Shown: positions 58,532 to 64,000 of the stretch, one piece after another | Layout: each line of letters starts with the position of its first letter | Numbering within the stretch: the first letter of the stretch is position 1 | NCBI GenBank assembly: GCA_964536025.1 | Contig: CAZHXA010000002.1 | Location: forward strand, 14,684-78,683 | Length of the DNA stretch: 64,000 nt | Direction of reading: 5' to 3' | From: an uncultured Muribaculaceae bacterium | GTDB taxonomy: Bacteria; Bacteroidota; Bacteroidia; Bacteroidales; Muribaculaceae | Position numbers and translations under genes: made by a program | Notes under the pieces: model-generated | Told to the model about the DNA's origin: nothing | The model's database searches: none | What the model saw: the letters and a program-made list of their open reading frames with translations, nothing else

Positions 58532-58560
58532 CGACATGATTTTTTGAAAATATAACAGAA

Positions 58561-59469
58561 ATGAATAATAGAAGTCGCTTTCAAGGACACTTGGCATTAT
58601 TGTTTGCCAATTCAGCGTGGGGTCTTATGGCTCCTATTTCTAAAGGGTTACTGAATTCCGGAGTAATATCTCCGTTTGCACTTTCGGGAGTGCGTATAAT
58701 GGGCGGAGCCGTTTTGTTTTGGCTTGTGAGTGCTTTATTCCCTGATAGTGTCATAAAGAAAGAAAAAATAGAAAAAAGTGATTTTATTAAGATTTTTTGT
58801 GCAAGTTTGCTCGTAATTGCCGCCAATCAGATATTGGTTGTGCAAGGAATGAGTTTTACAAGTCCGGTAGATGCTGCAGTGGTGTGCAGCACAACCCCTA
58901 TTTTTACTCTTATACTTGCTACATTAATACTGAAAGACCGATTGACGACATTTCGCATGGGAGGTGTCGCTTTAGGATTTGTTGCAGTGCTTATTTTTTC
59001 TTTATGGGGAGAACCCGACGTGGCAATGAATGTTACCAATCCGGTGCTTGGTAATGCTTTGTGCATAATAGCTCAAATGTGCGGTGCGGCATACTTGGTG
59101 ATTTTCGGTTCTTTGATAAGCAAATATTCTCCATTTACCATGATGAAATGGATGATGCTCATGTCGGCTGTTGTGGTTATGCCGTTTACGCTGAATGATA
59201 TAATGCAGATAGAATGGTCTTCTATTTCGGTTGAAGGCTTGTTGGAATTAGCCTATATCGTTGTGCTTGGCTCATGCTTATGTTACCTTATGATACCATT
59301 TGCACAGCGTCGCTTGAAGCCTACGGTTATAGCCATGTATAATTATTTGCAACCTGTTGTGGCAACACTCGTTTCGGTGGTAATAGGTATGGCAGTGCTT
59401 GATGCCGTAAAAGTAGGCTCGGCTTTGCTTATCTTTTTAGCCGTGTGGATGGTAAGCAAAGAGCGATAA
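58561..59469 (+). CDS. EamA/DMT-family transporter
   Basis: 302 aa, 10 TM segments in two EamA-like halves. Confidence 0.8.
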   Translation: MNNRSRFQGHLALLFANSAWGLMAPISKGLLNSGVISPFALSGVRIMGGAVLFWLVSALFPDSVIKKEKIEKSDFIKIFCASLLVIAANQILVVQGMSFTSPVDAAVVCSTTPIFTLILATLILKDRLTTFRMGGVALGFVAVLIFSLWGEPDVAMNVTNPVLGNALCIIAQMCGAAYLVIFGSLISKYSPFTMMKWMMLMSAVVVMPFTLNDIMQIEWSSISVEGLLELAYIVVLGSCLCYLMIPFAQRRLKPTVIAMYNYLQPVVATLVSVVIGMAVLDAVKVGSALLIFLAVWMVSKER

Positions 59470-60784
59470 CCAAAGTTATAAGCAGAGTTATGGCTTCACC
59501 TGCGGGAACAGCAAGCCATATACCGTTTACTCCATACCATTCTGGTAGAAGCCAAAAGGCGAGACCCAAGAATAGAAAACCTCGCATAATGGTTATCAAC
59601 ATTGCGATTCGGCTACGTTCGATACTTTGGAAATATACCACTGCGATGATGTTTATGCCACAAGGAATGAATCCAAGTGCGTATAGCGGTAAACCATGTG
59701 TGGAGATGGCGTGAGTGGCATCGGTCGTAGATACGAATAATGACGATATTTGTCCGCTGAAGTAATATGTTACCAAGAATATGACAAGGCTACAAGTGAA
59801 AGTGGCAAACAAAGCAAGTCGGGTAGCGGAAAATATGCGTATTGTATTCTTGATACCGTGATTGTAGCTTATTATGGGTTGAACCGATTGAGCTATTGCA
59901 CTGTCGAGCATGAAGATTATGGGTGAAAAATAGCATGTTATGCTGAATGCCGCCACGCCATTGCCTCCTAAATGATTCATGAATACGATGTTTCCTAAAA
60001 GCATCATGAAACTTAGTGCTAAGTCGCCCAAAAAAGAGGGGAATCCGAGTGTGCATATCCTTTTGATTGCTTGAAATAATGTTACTGTTTTGCTGAAAGT
60101 CGAAATGACTTGAATGTGTAATTTATGTTTTTTATTTAGTAAGTAAAAAAGAACCATAAATGCACCTATGAGTGAGCCTATACTTGTAGCTACTGCTGCT
60201 CCCATGACTCCGAATTGGAAAGGGAAAATGAATAAGTAATCCAATGTGAAATTGATGATGGCGGCTGTGATAGAACAAGTCATGGCATATTTTGGAGCTC
60301 CGTCGAGTCGTACAAAGAAACTTCCGGAGACAAGAAAAGCGTTGCTTGCTATAAATGGAACAAAACCTATCATATATTGTTTTGCCAAAGACATAAGATT
60401 CTCAGAACAACCTAATAATTTCAATGAGGTGTGAGGAAAGGAGAGTATGATAGCCGAACATGTTAATAGAAACAAAGTGGATATAATTAGCGAAACCGAC
60501 ATGAAGTAACGAGCTTTCTCAGTTTTGCCTTGTGATATGCTGATTGAAGAAATAATAGAGCCTCCCATCCCGAACATAAGTCCTATTCCTGTGGCAAATG
60601 TCCATACGGGTGCTATAATATTTACAGCAGCAAGAGCATCGCTTCCAAGCCCGTGTCCCACAAATATACCGTCGGTAATAATAAGTAAAACAGAAAACAG
60701 CATGCCTGCCACTGTGGGGAAGAATAATTTGCTGAAAAGTTTCCCTATAGGTTCGGTTCCGTAATCTATATTCTCTTTCTTCAT
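59429..60784 (-). CDS. MATE-family efflux transporter
   Basis: 451 aa, 12 TM segments, MATE-like N-terminus. The 3' end overlaps the EamA gene by 41 nt (convergent). Confidence 0.85.
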   Translation of the reverse strand: MKKENIDYGTEPIGKLFSKLFFPTVAGMLFSVLLIITDGIFVGHGLGSDALAAVNIIAPVWTFATGIGLMFGMGGSIISSISISQGKTEKARYFMSVSLIISTLFLLTCSAIILSFPHTSLKLLGCSENLMSLAKQYMIGFVPFIASNAFLVSGSFFVRLDGAPKYAMTCSITAAIINFTLDYLFIFPFQFGVMGAAVATSIGSLIGAFMVLFYLLNKKHKLHIQVISTFSKTVTLFQAIKRICTLGFPSFLGDLALSFMMLLGNIVFMNHLGGNGVAAFSITCYFSPIIFMLDSAIAQSVQPIISYNHGIKNTIRIFSATRLALFATFTCSLVIFLVTYYFSGQISSLFVSTTDATHAISTHGLPLYALGFIPCGINIIAVVYFQSIERSRIAMLITIMRGFLFLGLAFWLLPEWYGVNGIWLAVPAGEAITLLITLVIALCLPSTRLKR

Positions 60785-60922
60785 AAAATTAAATAAAAAG
60801 TTATTGGTGTGCCAAAAATGTAATGTTACGTTCCGGTGTGTGCATGCATACCGGAGTATAAATTACAAGTGAATTTTATGTGGTACACTTGTTTGTTAAA
60901 ACGTTGATTTTTTGAATTTTGT

Positions 60923-62917
60923 TTATCTGTTTAATCGCTTGTTGCTTTTTAGATTGTTATTAAAGCTGTTGCGAGTGTCATCATATTTGTTGCCTGTGTA
61001 AAAACTGTTACCAAAGTTTGTGTCAAACTCATCTTCCTCGTCATCTTCATCTTTTTTAGAAGGAGCGTAGCTCTTAGGCTTGTTTTTCTTTATTTCCATA
61101 GGCTTTTGCGAATCAAGTGGCAACTCATAGATGTTCCATGATTGTTCTATATCCCAATTCTTTTTTAATGAGAGTTTCTTGGGGTAGTAATACACTTCTT
61201 CAGGTTGCCTATGTTCGCTGTATTTACCAGTATCCCATTTGCCGTTTCCGTTGGCATCGATAACAACGCGTGCATAATAATCGCCCGGATTGATATTGAA
61301 CAATTCAACGATACCATTCTTTACGGGTGCTGTGTATTTTACATTATCACCCGCATCAAGTAACTCCACAAAGGCACTATCTGTAAGATTTATCTTGAAA
61401 AACAAGTTTGAGTATTCTTCGAGAGCTTTAACGTTGAAGGGGGCTTTTATACTTCCGTTATATAATCCGTAAACGCTTGTTACCGCCATTGAATCAATAG
61501 TTATTTCATAGGTACCTCCGGGTTCCCAATTATAATCAGCTTTATAAGCCAATAATCCTGAAAGCGAGTCACGCACCGGCGTTATATAGCCTAAATCATT
61601 CCATATAGTGTCTACTTTTTGTTTTAAATGAAAACTTCCGGGAACAATAGTGTCTATCGGGGCTTCGGACGAGAAACGCAAAGGAGCATATACGTCGATT
61701 GTTGCCGGACTTGAAACATTAAACTTCAATAAAGTGATTTGAGGAATGGAGTCGGTCAATGTATCTTTTTCTTCGCTTTTCTTCTTCTTTTCTTTGTCTT
61801 TTTTCTTCATCTTTTTGAGATTGAAGTAAATAGAATCATTGGTAAAAGTGCGGTTGTCGGTAGTATCGGTGTGCAGATAACGCATATTCACTCTTATGGA
61901 ATCCGATTTTATTAGTAAAGAATCGGTAATCCAATAGTTAAGGGTGTCATTATGTTGAGAATTATCCAATATGTACCATTTTTTTGTGTTATCGTAGTCA
62001 GATGGCTGAACGATTTCCAGTGTAGGCAATGAATCGCTCGGAGCCGAAAAAATCACAGAAAAACGATTGTCGGCAGTGCGTTCATTCTTCAAAAGATACA
62101 ACGATTTATAATCCTCGTTAAACGAAGACAATAGCACGTCATTAGGCAGATATAATGCGTGTTTTGCTGTGAAAATGGTGTCGGTTACCATTTGAGAAGT
62201 AAAAATAGTGTCAGAAGTCTCAATTTCTGTAACAGTTGGCACTATTATTTCATTAAGAAATGCCAAATCTTCGCTTCTTGCAAATTTATAGTCTCGGTCG
62301 ACATCGTTTAAGGCAAAAATATGGTATTTCCCCGGTTTGATGTTGCGTATGGTGAATTGTCCCAACTCGTTAGTGCGTGCAATGCGTTCAAAAGGCAATG
62401 TGCTGAAAGCTGAGTCGTCAAGGCAAGAATGAATGCCCACGAAAAAATCTTTTTGAGGTTCAAGATCGCGTGCATTTAGTACGATGCCTGAAATTTGCAA
62501 CGTGTCAATTGTGTCACCTGTGGAAAATGCAAACGAAAAGCCGTCAAGCGGATTTTGCTCGTTGTTGTCTTGTATAGCATTGCTGAAATCTATCACATAA
62601 GTAGTGTTTGGTAACAAAGAGTCTTTAAATTCAATGTTTATCTTTTTCCCGTTTGCCCTTATTGTCGGATTTTCCTTTTGAGCAGGAGAAATCACTACTT
62701 TGGTGGATTGGTCTTTCAACTGAATGTATTCGTTGAAAAGTATTTCGATTTTATTTTTGTCGAAATTAGTTGAATTAGGAGCCGGATTACTGCTTATATA
62801 TATAGGTGGATCTAGGTCTTTGGGTCCGCCTTGAGGACGTCCTATGCTTGCACATGAGTAGAGTAATCCCGAAAGGATTACAGCAATGAAAATATATGTA
62901 CTTTTAATAGACTTCAC
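60923..62917 (-). CDS. lipoprotein with N-terminal Ig-like (SbsA/Big_5-type) domain, Lys-rich linker and acidic tail
   Basis: GTG start (no in-frame ATG near the N-terminus) and lipobox LLYSC. The family call is tentative. Confidence 0.6.
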   Translation of the reverse strand: MKSIKSTYIFIAVILSGLLYSCASIGRPQGGPKDLDPPIYISSNPAPNSTNFDKNKIEILFNEYIQLKDQSTKVVISPAQKENPTIRANGKKINIEFKDSLLPNTTYVIDFSNAIQDNNEQNPLDGFSFAFSTGDTIDTLQISGIVLNARDLEPQKDFFVGIHSCLDDSAFSTLPFERIARTNELGQFTIRNIKPGKYHIFALNDVDRDYKFARSEDLAFLNEIIVPTVTEIETSDTIFTSQMVTDTIFTAKHALYLPNDVLLSSFNEDYKSLYLLKNERTADNRFSVIFSAPSDSLPTLEIVQPSDYDNTKKWYILDNSQHNDTLNYWITDSLLIKSDSIRVNMRYLHTDTTDNRTFTNDSIYFNLKKMKKKDKEKKKKSEEKDTLTDSIPQITLLKFNVSSPATIDVYAPLRFSSEAPIDTIVPGSFHLKQKVDTIWNDLGYITPVRDSLSGLLAYKADYNWEPGGTYEITIDSMAVTSVYGLYNGSIKAPFNVKALEEYSNLFFKINLTDSAFVELLDAGDNVKYTAPVKNGIVELFNINPGDYYARVVIDANGNGKWDTGKYSEHRQPEEVYYYPKKLSLKKNWDIEQSWNIYELPLDSQKPMEIKKNKPKSYAPSKKDEDDEEDEFDTNFGNSFYTGNKYDDTRNSFNNNLKSNKRLNR

Positions 62918-62969
62918 GATGTTTTTTGTTTAAATGTGAATTAAATGCCACAATTTTTAATATGTTTGG

Positions 62970-62977
62970 CAAAGTTA
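62970..62977 (-). promoter_or_regulatory. -7 box TAACTTTG for the Ig-like lipoprotein gene
   Basis: CAAAGTTA on the plus strand, 53 nt upstream of the GTG at 62917. Confidence 0.45.
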
Positions 62978-63147
62978 CATAAAAATTGATAGAAATAAGC
63001 AATGCCGAAAAATAAACAATGTATATTAGCTTGTTTCAAGGCAAAAACAAGCCTTGTTTTGCTTGAAAATACTGCTTGTTGCTAAAAAATATATAATTAA
63101 AACAAGGAAAAGGATGGCTAATTTTTTTTCACTTGAATAATTTAATG

Positions 63148-63155
63148 TATATTTG
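63148..63155 (+). promoter_or_regulatory. -7 box TATATTTG for secDF
   Basis: TATATTTGCA 58 nt upstream of the ATG at 63214. Confidence 0.5.
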
Positions 63156-63213
63156 CATGCTGTAAACTATTTTAGAATAAATTTATAATAAAAATAACTA
63201 ATAAAAACTACAC

Positions 63214-64000
63214 ATGCAAAGTAAAGGATTTATCAGAGTGTTGACTGTTGCTCTTATGCTTGTGTGTGCGTTTTATCTTTCATTTTCATTTGTGACTCGC
63301 CACTATGAGGGTCTAGCATCTGAATATGCAAAGGCTAAAGCGCAAACCGAAGATGTGTCAAATGACACATACAAGACATATTACAAGCAATATGTTGACT
63401 CGCTTGCTAAAGAAAAGGTGTATTTAGGATATTACACATTCCAGCAAGCCAGAGAGATGGAAGTAGGTCTTGGCTTAGACCTTAAGGGTGGTATGAACGT
63501 AACTCTTCAAATTTCGGTTCCCGACATTTTGAAAGCTCTTTCAAATGAGAACCCTGATCCAAAGTTTAATGAAGCATTACAAATTGCAGAAAAGCAACAA
63601 AAAAACAGTGCTGACAAGGATTTTGTTTCAGCTTTCTGCCGTGAGTACAATAAATTGGCTCCCGAAGGAAATCTTTATCAAATCTTCCGTAGCGTAGAGA
63701 AACTTAAAGCCGGTGCTTCCAATTCAGAAGTGGAAAAAGTTCTTAAGGAAGAAGTTAACTCTATGGTTGACAATTCTTATAACGTGCTTCGCACACGTAT
63801 TGACCGTTTCGGTGTGGTTTCTCCTAATATCCAAAAACTTGAAAGTACAGGTCGAATTCTTCTTGAACTTCCTGGTGTTAAAGAACCGGAACGTGTAATC
63901 AAGTTGCTTAAAGGTACTGCAAACTTGGAATTTTATGAAACTTACACAATAAATGATTTGCAAGGTGCTCTAAATTCATTGAGCAATGCAGTAGCAAGCA
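63214..64000 (+). CDS. secDF: protein translocase subunit SecDF (fused), 3' end lies outside the window
   Basis: Not in the ORF track because it has no stop in the window. I translated it manually: MQSKGFIRVLTVALMLVCAFYLSF..., then GLDLKGGMNVTLQ and NSYNVLRTRIDRFGV...LELPGVKEPERV, which are typical SecD segments. Confidence 0.85.
   Translation, partial: MQSKGFIRVLTVALMLVCAFYLSFSFVTRHYEGLASEYAKAKAQTEDVSNDTYKTYYKQYVDSLAKEKVYLGYYTFQQAREMEVGLGLDLKGGMNVTLQISVPDILKALSNENPDPKFNEALQIAEKQQKNSADKDFVSAFCREYNKLAPEGNLYQIFRSVEKLKAGASNSEVEKVLKEEVNSMVDNSYNVLRTRIDRFGVVSPNIQKLESTGRILLELPGVKEPERVIKLLKGTANLEFYETYTINDLQGALNSLSNAVAS

Noticed and set aside
1-64000. CRISPR arrays, rRNA genes, IS elements, retrons/DGRs, toxin-antitoxin pairs and known defence systems.
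   Set aside because: No regularly spaced direct repeats, no transposase/integrase/reverse-transcriptase-like ORFs and no rRNA-like sequence were found by eye. A computational repeat scan would still be worthwhile.

Overview
Gene-dense chromosomal segment that looks like a Bacteroidota (Bacteroidales-like) genome. Support: repeated TAnnTTTG -7 promoter boxes in front of most transcription units, no Shine-Dalgarno sequences, three proteins with type IX secretion (T9SS) C-terminal sorting domains, many SpII lipoproteins, and a fused SecDF. Most content is housekeeping: gpmI, gdhA, dnaB, ispE, grpE-dnaJ, purT, murI, rplS, birA, tsaE, asnA, cysS, crcB, tRNA-Leu(UAG), tRNA-Asp(GUC), a four-subunit 2-oxoacid:ferredoxin oxidoreductase, and a DeoR-controlled anaerobic glycerol-3-phosphate locus (glpABC-glpT plus HAD phosphatase, porin and a secreted propeller-like protein). 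I found no integrase, transposase, CRISPR array, reverse transcriptase or recognisable defence gene. The most unusual structure is a 3.3-kb cassette (10132..13439) between gdhA and dnaB. It holds two divergent, otherwise dissimilar T9SS cargo genes with nucleotide-identical ends. The outer 246/308-bp inverted repeats cover the T9SS C-terminal domains, stop codons and terminators. A perfect inner 36-bp inverted repeat covers both 5' leaders and start codons and brackets a 231-bp promoter-bearing segment. I read this as a candidate invertible-promoter toggle. Other items of interest are an uncharacterised GGGtGRT/NifU-like pair, the extended glp locus, a disordered N/P/G/R-rich secreted protein, and several orphan hairpins and repeat arrays. 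Many ORF-track starts are upstream TTG/GTG artefacts. I re-called them to ATGs that lie downstream of the promoter boxes.
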